Positions 10,483 through 19,457 of a stretch of 64,000 nt of DNA are shown in pieces. Origin of the DNA: an uncultured archaeon (GTDB lineage Bacteria > Armatimonadota > Fimbriimonadia > Fimbriimonadales > Fimbriimonadaceae); NCBI GenBank assembly GCA_963829965.1, contig CAWHLK010000035.1, forward strand, positions 54,887-118,886. The letters are read 5' to 3'. Numbering within the stretch: the stretch's first letter is position 1; each line of letters starts with the position of its first letter. A program made the translations under genes and the position numbers. The notes under the pieces are model-generated. The model had not been told where the DNA came from and made no database searches. It saw nothing but the letters and a program-made list of their open reading frames with translations.

Positions 10483-10881
10483 GTGGGAGGCTCTAAATTC
10501 ATGAGCTCGGGAAACGACGGACGTTTGAAACTTCAAAGGGTTCCTCCAGGGGCGCTCAGAAGAGCCGCTTGCACTCTCTGTTTTATTGTTGTCAGCTTGC
10601 TTATGCTGCAACACTTGCATACTTCGGTTTCTAGGTTTTCACCCGGCGCTGTGGTCGTGCTTGTTCTGACCTTAGGAGCCTCGTTGGTGCCCACGTTTTC
10701 GTCTGAAGACTCCAAGACGTTGGCGGCTAGGTCCCTAGCTATTTTTGGCGTAGGACTTTTCTTGGGGTTTTGCTTCTACGGCGGTAGTCCAGGAGTCCCG
10801 CATTTTCTCGTTGACGGAGGGGTGCTTGTGCTTTTGGTGCTTCAGTGGCGGCTATTGGAATTGCGGCCCGGTGGTCGATGA
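10483..10881 (+). CDS. hypothetical small membrane protein containing repeat A2 module
   Basis: 132-aa ORF; C-terminal half matches translated repeat A1. Confidence 0.35.
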   Translation: MGGSKFMSSGNDGRLKLQRVPPGALRRAACTLCFIVVSLLMLQHLHTSVSRFSPGAVVVLVLTLGASLVPTFSSEDSKTLAARSLAIFGVGLFLGFCFYGGSPGVPHFLVDGGVLVLLVLQWRLLELRPGGR

Positions 10882-10999
10882 AAGGTGAGCCGGGTTTGGT
10901 GTATGCAACATTGAAGGGCTTGCAGAGGGGCCCGCATTTTGAAGATGCGAACGGACTTGACCTGCCCCCCAACTCTAAGGCCAGGCAAACTAAGCCTAG

Positions 11000-12175
11000 T
11001 CAGCCGCGCAAAACGCCGACCTCCAGATCCCTTATCAAATCATCCACGTTCTCGATGCCGCAGGAGAGGCGGATGAGGCCGTCGTCGATGCCGATCTCTT
11101 CCGTACATCGGCGGGAAATAGACGCGTGGGTCATGCTGGCGGGGTGTTCGATCAGGCTCTCGATGCCGCCAAGGCTTTCGGCCAAAGTAAAAACTTCGCA
11201 GCGGCTCAGCGCTTTGCGGGCGGCTTCCTCGCCGCCCTTCAAAACCACCGAAACCATGCCGCCATAAGCGCTCATCTGCCGCTTGGCAACCGCGTGCTGT
11301 GCGTGGCTAACCAAACCCGGATAAAAGACCTGAGAAACAATCGGGTGCTTTTCTGCCCAGGCCGCCACCGTCAGAGCGTTGGCGCAGTGGCGTTCCATGC
11401 GCAGGCCTAGCGTCTTGAGGCCGCGGTGGGCCAAAAACGAATCGAACGGGCCGGCGATGGCGCCGACCGAGTTCTGTAAGAAGCCGATCTGATCCGCATA
11501 CTCCTTGTTCTCGCCAACCACTGCAATGCCTCCGATAACGTCGGAATGGCCGTTCAGATACTTAGTCGCGGAGTGAACCACGATATCCACGCCATGTTCC
11601 AAAGGCCTTTGCGTCCAGGGCGTGGCGAAGGTGTTATCGGCAACGGAAACCAAACCATGAGCCTTTGCAAAAGAAGCGACCGCAGCCAAATCAATGACCT
11701 TCAGCAAAGGATTGGAGGGCGTCTCCAGCCAGATCATTTTGGTGTTTGGTTTCAGAGCAGAAGCCAACAAAGAAGGATTGGTCATGTCCACATAAGTGAA
11801 TTCAAGCCCCGCCGAGTGCTTGCGCACTCGCTCGAACAGCCGGTAGGTCCCGCCGTACAGGTCGTCGGAGGCAATCACATGGGAACCGGACTCCAAAATC
11901 TCCAGGACCGCAGAAGCCGCCGCAAGCCCGGAAGCAAAGGCAAACCCGGCCGTCCCGCTTTCTAAGTTAGCCACCGCCCTCTCGTAGGCGAAACGTGTAG
12001 GGTTGTGGCTTCGGCCATAGTCAAATCCCTTATGCACACCCGGCGCCGACTGCCCATAAGTCGAAGTCGCATAGATCGGCGTGATCACCGCGTTGGTGGT
12101 GGGGTCAAGCTCCTGATCGGCGTGAATGGCGCGGGTATCGAAACCCCACTTCGGATCGGTTTTTCGGTTGCTCAT
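11000..12175 (-). CDS. PLP-dependent cystathionine gamma-synthase/gamma-lyase (Cys/Met metabolism family)
   Basis: about 391 aa from MSNRKTDPKWGFDTRAIHAD; HSATKYLNGHSDVIGG Lys-PLP site motif; ATGA overlap with upstream CBS gene. Confidence 0.85.
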   Translation of the reverse strand: MSNRKTDPKWGFDTRAIHADQELDPTTNAVITPIYATSTYGQSAPGVHKGFDYGRSHNPTRFAYERAVANLESGTAGFAFASGLAAASAVLEILESGSHVIASDDLYGGTYRLFERVRKHSAGLEFTYVDMTNPSLLASALKPNTKMIWLETPSNPLLKVIDLAAVASFAKAHGLVSVADNTFATPWTQRPLEHGVDIVVHSATKYLNGHSDVIGGIAVVGENKEYADQIGFLQNSVGAIAGPFDSFLAHRGLKTLGLRMERHCANALTVAAWAEKHPIVSQVFYPGLVSHAQHAVAKRQMSAYGGMVSVVLKGGEEAARKALSRCEVFTLAESLGGIESLIEHPASMTHASISRRCTEEIGIDDGLIRLSCGIENVDDLIRDLEVGVLRG

Positions 12176-13542
12176 GCGATGCCTGCCCGTTTTCTCAGAT
12201 ACTGCAAATAGTCGATGGGCGTGATGAGCCCGAGGAACTCGTCTTTGTCCATCACGATGGCGGTGAGGCCCTGCTGGAAGATCGGCACCAAGTCGTCCAC
12301 CGACCGATTGCATTGGATGGTCACAAGCTTGGTCGTCATCGCCTGGCGAGCAGGCAACTCGAACCCCTTGGAAGACCCGGCCACGTGAAGCAGGATATCG
12401 ATTTCGCTCAAAAGACCCAAAAGCCGCCCATCCTCCATGACCGGAAGCTGCGAGATGTCAAAGTTCTTCATCTTTCGGTACGCCGCCTGCAGCGAATCGT
12501 TAGGCGAAACCACGACCGCCGATTTCTCGGCGATCGGCCTTGTAATCAAGTCCCGAAGATCATGCGTCTCCGGCTTTTCTACAAACCCGTAGTCCTCCAG
12601 CCAGTAATCGTTGTAGATCTTCGAGAGATACTTGTTGCCGCTATCGCAGACAAAGCTGAGCACGCGCTTGGGGGTGGTCTGCTCCCGGCAATACTTCAGC
12701 GCGGCGGCAATCAAAGTGCCGGAAGAAGAGCCGCAAAAAATGCCTTCCTCCTTCAGAACCTCTCTCGAAGTGTTGATCGATTCGGCATCCGAGATCGCGT
12801 ACGCCTTGTGGGTGAGGTTCATGTCGCATATTTTCGGCACAAAATCCTCGCCGATGCCTTCCACTAGCCAACTTCCAGCCTTCACGGTCTTGCCCTCATT
12901 CACCAAAGGCGCGAGAATGGAGCCTTTGGGGTCGGCGAGAATCATCTCCGTCTTTGGCGAGACGCGGGTGAAAAAACGGCCGATGCCCGTAAGTGTGCCG
13001 CCAGACCCGACACCGCAAACAATGGCGTCCACCTTGTGGTCCATTTGCTCCCAAAGCTCGGGCGCGGTGCTGTTTTCGTGGGCAAGCGGGTTATTCGGGT
13101 TCTCGAACTGGTTGACAAAAAAAGCGCCCGTCTCTTTGGCGATTCGGGCGGCAATGTCTTGATAGTATTCGGGGTGGCCTTTCTGGACGTCCGACCGGGT
13201 GACGATCACCTCCGCGCCCATCGCCTTGAGGTGAAACATCTTTTCTTGGCTCATTTTGTCCGGGATGACCAGGATGAGTTTATAGCCCTTCTGCCCGGCG
13301 ACAAGGGCCAGCGCCAGACCGGTGTTTCCGGCGGTGGCTTCAATAATTGTGCCGCCGGGTTTAAGCTTGCCTTGCTTTTCCGCGGCTTCCACCATGGCGA
13401 GACCGATCCGATCTTTGATCGAACCCCCGGGGTTGGTGCTTTCCAGTTTGAGATACAGTTCGCAGGGCCCGGTGTCCAGGTGGTTGACTTTAACGATAGG
13501 GGTATTGCCAATTAATTCAAGAACGTTTGGCGCTAGATCCAT
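12172..13542 (-). CDS. cystathionine beta-synthase (cysteine-synthase fold plus C-terminal CBS pair)
   Basis: NTPIVKVNHL... PLP fold N-terminus and tandem CBS domains at C-terminus; start chosen at MDLAPNV. Confidence 0.8.
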   Translation of the reverse strand: MDLAPNVLELIGNTPIVKVNHLDTGPCELYLKLESTNPGGSIKDRIGLAMVEAAEKQGKLKPGGTIIEATAGNTGLALALVAGQKGYKLILVIPDKMSQEKMFHLKAMGAEVIVTRSDVQKGHPEYYQDIAARIAKETGAFFVNQFENPNNPLAHENSTAPELWEQMDHKVDAIVCGVGSGGTLTGIGRFFTRVSPKTEMILADPKGSILAPLVNEGKTVKAGSWLVEGIGEDFVPKICDMNLTHKAYAISDAESINTSREVLKEEGIFCGSSSGTLIAAALKYCREQTTPKRVLSFVCDSGNKYLSKIYNDYWLEDYGFVEKPETHDLRDLITRPIAEKSAVVVSPNDSLQAAYRKMKNFDISQLPVMEDGRLLGLLSEIDILLHVAGSSKGFELPARQAMTTKLVTIQCNRSVDDLVPIFQQGLTAIVMDKDEFLGLITPIDYLQYLRKRAGIA

Positions 13543-13695
13543 AGTTATAGTTTGGTGCAACATCGCCAAATGCTGCACCTTGGTCTGCCCGGAAAGTATT
13601 ACGATTACGGACCACGCCATAATCCCGTTAATGGAGCGGGTGGTGGACGCCCACGATTCGATCGCAAGTATGTTCAGACGATTGGGGGAAAAATA

Positions 13696-14178
13696 ATGGA
13701 ACTAAAACACATCAGCAATGAGGCTGTGCCCGGCGCGCTGGAGCTTGCCGAGCGTTACCGCCTGCTCAACGAACCCGAACAGGCCGAGAGCATCTGCAAA
13801 GACGTCCTGGACGCCGACCCGGAAAACCAACTTGCCGCGCGGCTTATGCTGCTCTCGATCAGCGACCAATTTGGGCATAAACAAGCGCCCAGCGTCCAGC
13901 ACGCGCAAGAAGTCGCGGCTTTGCTTCATAACGACTATGAGCGGCTTTATTACAGCGGCATCATCATGGAGCGATTCGGAAGAGCCAAGCTTCACGAGCA
14001 CCATCTCAATATGGTGCGCGATTGGCTCCATCGGGCGATGGAGATGTTCGAGAAAGCCCAGGAAATAAGGCCGGCGGGGAACGACGCCGCGCTTCTGAGA
14101 TGGAACACTTGCGCCAGGCTGTTGCAGCGTCTGCCGAAAGAGAACGAATCCGGCCATACGCCGGATTACGGGGATTAG
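13696..14178 (+). CDS. hypothetical helical protein
   Basis: start MELKHISNE preceded by GGGGGAAAAATAATG RBS; no assignable domain. Confidence 0.5.
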   Translation: MELKHISNEAVPGALELAERYRLLNEPEQAESICKDVLDADPENQLAARLMLLSISDQFGHKQAPSVQHAQEVAALLHNDYERLYYSGIIMERFGRAKLHEHHLNMVRDWLHRAMEMFEKAQEIRPAGNDAALLRWNTCARLLQRLPKENESGHTPDYGD

Positions 14179-14189
14179 CAGGGAGACGA

Positions 14190-14370
14190 GGGGTTGGGTG
14201 TTGGGTTTTTGGTTTTGGGTTCTAGGTGTGGCAATCGATTTCTGACAGGTCCGAGAGGTCCGACAAGTCCGGCCTGATCCCTCAACACCTAACACCCAAA
14301 ACCCAACACCTAACACCCAACACCTAACACCCAAAACCCAAAACCTAACACCTAACACCCAAAAAAAAAT
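14190..14370. repeat. imperfect inverted repeat: G/T-rich arm (GGGTTGGGTGTTGGGTTTTTGGTTTTGGG) vs C/A-rich arm with about 5 tandem CACCTAACACCCAA 14-mers, ending in A9
   Basis: read directly; artefactual ORF 13702..14379 translates the repeat as WVLGVRFWVLGV. Confidence 0.85.
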
Positions 14371-14400
14371 GAGCCCCAAGTCCTTTCGGGCTTGGGGCTC
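14371..14400 (-). terminator. rho-independent terminator for lipoprotein gene 14415..14603
   Basis: GAGCCCCAAG-N10-CTTGGGGCTC stem followed on minus strand by T9. Confidence 0.7.
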
Positions 14401-14414
14401 GGTCGTTTGGTTCT

Positions 14415-14603
14415 TAACTAGCCACCAGCAGTGCCGCCGGCAGTGGCGCCTGCGCCAGCCGTTCCGCCACCAGCACCAGCCGTTCCGCCGGCGCCGGCCG
14501 TTCCGCCGGCAGTTCCGCCTGCCGAATCGTCGCCAGACTTGCAGCCGCCCAAAATCAGGCCGAATGCGCTAATGACCATTAGAATCGCTAAAAGCTTTTT
14601 CAT
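14415..14603 (-). CDS. small lipoprotein with GGTAG-repeat tail
   Basis: signal peptide plus lipobox LILGGC; (GGTAGA)n Gly/Thr/Ala repeats. Confidence 0.5.
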
Positions 14604-14874
14604 TCTTTAAAGACACCTCCAGTGTCGCTGTTTTTGCAAAAACTCGCAGGAGCACGCCCCCGCTCTAACTTTATACCCGGCAAAACCTCGAACTGCACTC
14701 CTGCATTTACAGCAATGCCTGTATGTTTCTTGAGACGGTACAACTAATAGCTTCGTTGCAGGTCGCGCGAAACTTTTCTTCACGACCAAAGGGCCCACCC
14801 GCCGCGCCGCATGTTGTCGCAGCGAGTTCCGGAATCAATCGAGGATTTCGCATGAGTATAAACCTCAGTAGGGG

Positions 14875-15996
14875 CTAGGGCGCTTCCTTCGGCATCATTG
14901 GGGTGCTGCCACCTTTGTCTGGTTCCGATTCGATCTTGTAAACGTGATCCTCGTCGTCCGACGGGGCCATTACGATCATAGAGGTTTTACCGTTGGACAG
15001 AGTCACGATTATTTGAAGCGGATGCTTCTTTGTCACGTGCAAGGTGACGCTCTTACCCTTGGCGACCTCAGGGACGACGAGCTTGTCTCCCCGCATCAGT
15101 CGAATCGAATTGCCGGTCATTTCCAAAGTCAGTGCCCTCGTTAAATGCTTGCTCTTTCGGGCGCCGGTCGTCATGTCGAAAGGCTTAAGGTTCGAGTCAT
15201 AAACCCTGTAGATCCCCGATTGCCTGTCGGCGAGTGGGAACGGCTGGATGAGGATGCTGCTTGATCCCGTCTTTTCGGGGAAGAACGGCAAGTCCGGACC
15301 CCTGAGGACGCCGGTCAACGGATGGGCAATCGTGACCCCGGCCAGGCCCGAGGGGCTATCGGACGAACCGCCCGAACCAGGGCGCCGAGCGGCTGAAGAA
15401 AATGGTTGCGGAGCAACAGGCATGCTTGTGCCTCCCCCGAGCCCGCCGGCCGCCTCAGGGGAAGCAATCGAGCTTCCCCCTCCTAGTCCTGGGGCCGCAA
15501 TCGGAGAGACTCTACCGGACAAGGCTCCTGAAACAGGGGCCGGCGTTGTCGCTGAGCCGCTGATTCCAAAAGGATTTTGGGGCGTTTGTGGACTTAACCT
15601 TGCAGGTGCTTGAACTGCCCCGCCGCCACCAATGCCTCCGCCTCCGCCAAAGCCACCAGGCGCGATGCCGCCGCCCGTACTACCGCTTCCAGCAATACCT
15701 TGCGCACTGCCGCCGAAGTCGCCTCCTCCCCCAGGTCCGCCCATGCCTGGGGCACTGCCGGCCGGGCTGGCAACGCCGCCGCCACCAATACCTTGCGCAC
15801 TGCCACCGAAGCCGCCTCCGCCAAACCCTTCGGCCCCAGGTTGTAGGGGAGCAGCCCCCGGCCTTGTGAACGGGTCAACAGAGGCGCTGCCGCCCTGGCT
15901 TTCGGATGGGTTATAGAATGTCTTGCCGCCTTGCACGGAGATTTTCGGTTGGTTTTGGCCGTGGGTGTTCGGAACAGATAATTCTGTAATTCCCAC
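14875..15996 (-). CDS. glycine-rich protein with C-terminal domain shared with the adjacent BlaR1-like protein
   Basis: long GGGGFGG tracts; C-terminal SVTLHVTKKHPLQIIVTLSNGKTSMIV resembles HTYVLRATKNHPITIQVKSSHGVSALKI of ORF 15911..17461; 5' end overlaps BlaR1 3' end by 86 nt so the start is uncertain. Confidence 0.45.
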   Translation of the reverse strand: MGITELSVPNTHGQNQPKISVQGGKTFYNPSESQGGSASVDPFTRPGAAPLQPGAEGFGGGGFGGSAQGIGGGGVASPAGSAPGMGGPGGGGDFGGSAQGIAGSGSTGGGIAPGGFGGGGGIGGGGAVQAPARLSPQTPQNPFGISGSATTPAPVSGALSGRVSPIAAPGLGGGSSIASPEAAGGLGGGTSMPVAPQPFSSAARRPGSGGSSDSPSGLAGVTIAHPLTGVLRGPDLPFFPEKTGSSSILIQPFPLADRQSGIYRVYDSNLKPFDMTTGARKSKHLTRALTLEMTGNSIRLMRGDKLVVPEVAKGKSVTLHVTKKHPLQIIVTLSNGKTSMIVMAPSDDEDHVYKIESEPDKGGSTPMMPKEAP

Positions 15997-17461
15997 CGTT
16001 GCCTTCGATAACTACGGCTGCGGGCGCGGACGGAGCCATGCCATGCTGCTTCAGATTTATCACCATTGGGGCCGTCGGGAATATTCCTGGCGTGCCATGA
16101 ATCCCCCTTGCGGCCGAGACCTGGACGTCTGTTGAGGGGATCAACTCGAAATTGTTCGCGTAAATGAGACCCCTCGGCCCGATCTTGAGCGCGGACACGC
16201 CATGGGAACTCTTTACCTGGATCGTAATCGGATGATTCTTCGTTGCACGGAGCACATAGGTGTGGCCCCCTTGCTTGATGCGAACCACGTCGTTTTGCGC
16301 ATGTACCAATTGGACGCCCGCGAGGGCGGCGCAAAGCGCAGCGGCACTTAAATTGAAAGTTGTCATTTTGAACCTCGTAACTTGGGTCTCGCAGTTGCGA
16401 GAAGGGTCGAGAAGGCCGGCAACCCGCTTTTCCAAGTTCCATCCTTGAAAAAGGAAGGCAGGCGCAGCCAGTTGAGAAGAGTCGCGGCCACGCGATTGCG
16501 CGACCTTGAGGAGCGTTCGGGCCAACTGGGTGGCCGGAATCATCTTGATAACGTAGCTGTCGCAAACCTCTTCGCGTGCACGGCAGAGTTCGAACGCGGC
16601 CCGGTGCGAGAGAGGATTGAACCAATAGACAGCCTTTGTGATCGCGGTAGGCCAAACCGAAAGGAAGTGCTGTTGGTCCACATGCGCGAACTCGTGCAGC
16701 AGGATCGACTCCAATTCTTCGTCCGTCGCGGAGTAGACGATGGATGCAGGAACCAGAATCAGCGGCCTCCGCCAGCCAAGGGCAAGCGGAGTTTCCACCA
16801 ACTCGCTGATAAGCGCCTCTGGGAACTTGCGCAACCCTGTTTGGACCCTGACCCGCTCGGCAGCCAGTGCCAAGGGAGTTCGATCAGCCGGCTGCGCGAG
16901 TTGCGCAGCCCGGTGAAGCCGCAGCGCCGATCGAAGGAATCTTGCCAGGACGAACCCGAAACCGATCACATAAGCGCCGGTCAATGCCCAAATCAAGCAG
17001 TTAACAGGCGGGGAAACGCGGTCGGCAAGATTTGACTGGAGCGGCCCGGCGGCGGGCGCAGGCGGTGCCGCGCTCAGCGTGGGCGCAGGAATATAGCGCC
17101 TCGGAACCAAATGCGGTTGCGCCGGCCCAGGGCTGAGCGGCCCGTGAGGGCGAAGATCGGCAGGACCTTCGACAACCGCTGCCGGCTCAGCAACCGGGGG
17201 CTTGAAGGAGACCTCAGATTCCTGGGCAGGCTTCATTCGCCCGTGGTCAACAACTGTGTTCGGGCCATAGACCGGCAGTCGTAGGCTTGCCACTCCTAAA
17301 TTGCCGGCGATCAGCGCCACAACCGGAAGCAGCAAAAGGCCACCGAAACAAGCGCATAAAAACGCGTACCGCTGCGCAGGTCTGGACTTCAGCAAGGTAG
17401 CGGAAACCAAGCATGCGACTAGCAGGAACCCGGTCGATCCGATCAAAATCGTTGCGATCAT
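15911..17461 (-). CDS. BlaR1/MecR1-family M56 peptidase signal transducer with non-canonical C-terminal domain
   Basis: N-terminal TM helices, LLHEFAHVDQQHF (HExxH of M56), 4-nt overlap with upstream blaI-like gene. Confidence 0.8.
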   Translation of the reverse strand: MIATILIGSTGFLLVACLVSATLLKSRPAQRYAFLCACFGGLLLLPVVALIAGNLGVASLRLPVYGPNTVVDHGRMKPAQESEVSFKPPVAEPAAVVEGPADLRPHGPLSPGPAQPHLVPRRYIPAPTLSAAPPAPAAGPLQSNLADRVSPPVNCLIWALTGAYVIGFGFVLARFLRSALRLHRAAQLAQPADRTPLALAAERVRVQTGLRKFPEALISELVETPLALGWRRPLILVPASIVYSATDEELESILLHEFAHVDQQHFLSVWPTAITKAVYWFNPLSHRAAFELCRAREEVCDSYVIKMIPATQLARTLLKVAQSRGRDSSQLAAPAFLFQGWNLEKRVAGLLDPSRNCETQVTRFKMTTFNLSAAALCAALAGVQLVHAQNDVVRIKQGGHTYVLRATKNHPITIQVKSSHGVSALKIGPRGLIYANNFELIPSTDVQVSAARGIHGTPGIFPTAPMVINLKQHGMAPSAPAAVVIEGNGGNYRIICSEHPRPKPTENLRARRQDIL

Positions 17462-17853
17462 TTCTGCTCCCTCTCTTCCGCCTGCTCGATGATCTTACGA
17501 ATACGGTCGGCTTCATCCTTCGACAGCGCTTGGTCGTTGAGCAAGGCGGTCATCAGGTTTTCGGCAGAGCCGCCAAAAGCGCTGGATACGAATCTCTTGA
17601 GTGCATCCTGAAGGCTGCTCTCCCTCGGCGCGGCAGGGCTGTAATAGTAAGTTTTTCCGACCATGCGCGTCTTGACCCAGCCTTTTTCGGCCAGCCTGGT
17701 CAGCAGGGTTTGAATCGTGTTCTTGGCAACTTCCCTCTGCGAGGAAAGCTCGCCCCAAATATCGCCAAGCGTGGCTTCTTTGCGATCCCAAACAACGTTC
17801 ATGATCTCCATCTGCGTCTCACTAAGAGGCGGAAGTTTGTCAGCTTTCTTCAT
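17458..17853 (-). CDS. BlaI/MecI/CopY-family winged-helix transcriptional repressor
   Basis: 131 aa, LSETQMEIMNVVW...ATLGDIW...KNTIQTLLTRLAEKGWV typical of the family. Confidence 0.85.
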   Translation of the reverse strand: MKKADKLPPLSETQMEIMNVVWDRKEATLGDIWGELSSQREVAKNTIQTLLTRLAEKGWVKTRMVGKTYYYSPAAPRESSLQDALKRFVSSAFGGSAENLMTALLNDQALSKDEADRIRKIIEQAEEREQK

Positions 17854-17866
17854 GTTTCGCTCTTGT

Positions 17867-17898
17867 TATACATCATATACCAACAACTGTAGGTATGT
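17867..17898. promoter_or_regulatory. candidate BlaI-type operator (imperfect dyad ACATCATATACC-N-GGTATGT containing TACA/TGTA) upstream of blaI-like gene
   Basis: sequence inspection only. Confidence 0.25.
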
Positions 17899-18035
17899 CG
17901 TTGCGAAACTTCTGAAAAGTTCAGCGTTAAGGAACGAGCCCTTTATTCGGCCCAACTGGAATCAAGTTACCAACCGCACTTCCCGATAGAAGCTATAGGG
18001 GAAGTCTCAGCCGACGGAAGTAAAGAACACAATGT

Positions 18036-19371
18036 TTGAAGTCACCTGCGATCAAAGGAGTGGGTGTGGCCTCTGATTTTGAGCGCCTTCAATCGCTGTT
18101 CAGCAGAGCTAGCAGCCTTCCGGAACTCCCTCACAGCGTTCAACGCCTGATTGCCCTTATCGACACGGGTGAAGCCTCCTCAGCCGATCTCGAACGCATC
18201 ATCAGCTCCGATCCTGGTCTCTCCGTCGCCTTGCTCCGCTTGGCAAACAATCATCGGCACATCGATGAGCAGATTTCCACCATCCGCTCGGCCGTCATGC
18301 TCCTGGGCCAGCATTCGGTGCGCAACCTCGCAACTTCCTGGATGATGCAGGGACTGGTTCAAAGCCGGGTCGTCGCCCCCACCTTTTCGGTGAACCGCTA
18401 CGCGCGGCATTGTATGGTCACCGCCCAAGCCGCCCGGTATCTTGTGGCGAGAAGGCAGTTGAAGGGCGCGGTGGAAACGACTTGGACTGCGGATGAGGTG
18501 TTCGCGGCGGCCCTCCTTCACGACATCGGCATCGCCCTCATGGCCTGCGTGGCGCCGGAATGTTACCAAAGGGTTTACGCGGCGGGGGAAAGGCTCCAAA
18601 TAACCCTGGCGGCGGCGTTCGAAAAGCTCTATGGTAGCAAGCTGAACGAGTTGGGAGCGGCCGCTATTAGGGCCTGGGGTTTGCCGTTGGTTTTCGAGCA
18701 GGCAGTTTTTTATTACGCAAAACCATGGCTTCTGCCGGACCAGATCGGGGCCTTGGCATGCATCAACTACGCCGACTACTTGGCATCCATATCGGGAAGC
18801 ACGCTCGAAAAATGGGCAGTGACGCCGGAATTGGAGTTCGAAGTGGAAAGCAGAGCGGAGATCCATGAGGAGGAGGCGGCACGTGTCCTCCACTTGGTTA
18901 ACGAGAACGCCGCCAAGCAGCTGAACGAAGGCCCGAATATCTCGTCCCAAAAACTGGGCGCGTGGAAAGAGCACAATGCGGAAGGCACGCCGTGGGACAT
19001 TTTGGTTGCAGAAGACAACAAGGTGAACCAGAACCTGATTTCGCTGATCCTGGACCATTTTGGCTATACCTATCGCGTGGTATCCAACGGGGAAGAGGCG
19101 GTGCAGGCTTTTGTTGAGAAACGGCCGGATCTCGTGCTGATGGATATTCAGATGCCGGCTCTGGACGGATTTCTGGCCACGAAGGAGATTCGCTCGGTGG
19201 AGAAGGCGATCGGCCCGAGAAACGCCGATCATCGCCCTAACCGCCAGGGCTCAGCCGAACGATCAGGCACAATGCCGGGCCGCCGGCATGGACGATTATT
19301 TAGAGAAGCCCCTGATGATCGACGCGTTCACCGAAAAACTGGTGCGCTGGCTGCCGAACAAGGCTGCTTGA
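18036..19371 (+). CDS. HDOD domain plus C-terminal response-regulator receiver protein (frameshift near 19220)
   Basis: LPELPHSVQRLIALI...DPGLSVALLRLANN is an HDOD signature; ILVAEDNKVNQ...LVLMDIQMP receiver. Receiver end PIIALTARAQPNDQAQCRAAGMDDYLEKPL continues in the -1 frame to a stop at about 19371. Confidence 0.75.
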
Positions 19372-19457
19372 AATTCCGGGTGAAAGGCGAGCACAACTAA
19401 TTCCGGCGACGCCTCGCTAGTTACGCCAACCTTTAGACTTCGTGCATAATTCTTTCC

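Noticed and set aside
13702-14379. 225-aa minus-strand ORF starting MGLIFFWVLGVRFWVLGV
   Set aside because: Its N-terminus is just the translation of the G/T-C/A tandem repeat and the rest is antisense to the 13696..14178 gene.
15594-16655. 353-aa minus-strand ORF overlapping the BlaR1-like gene and the Gly-rich gene
   Set aside because: Arg/Pro/Ala-rich low-complexity translation without motifs, in an alternate frame of the BlaR1-like gene; typical spurious long ORF in GC-rich DNA.
18180-19232. 350-aa minus-strand ORF antisense to the HDOD-REC gene
   Set aside because: No motifs; sense strand carries clear HDOD and receiver signatures.
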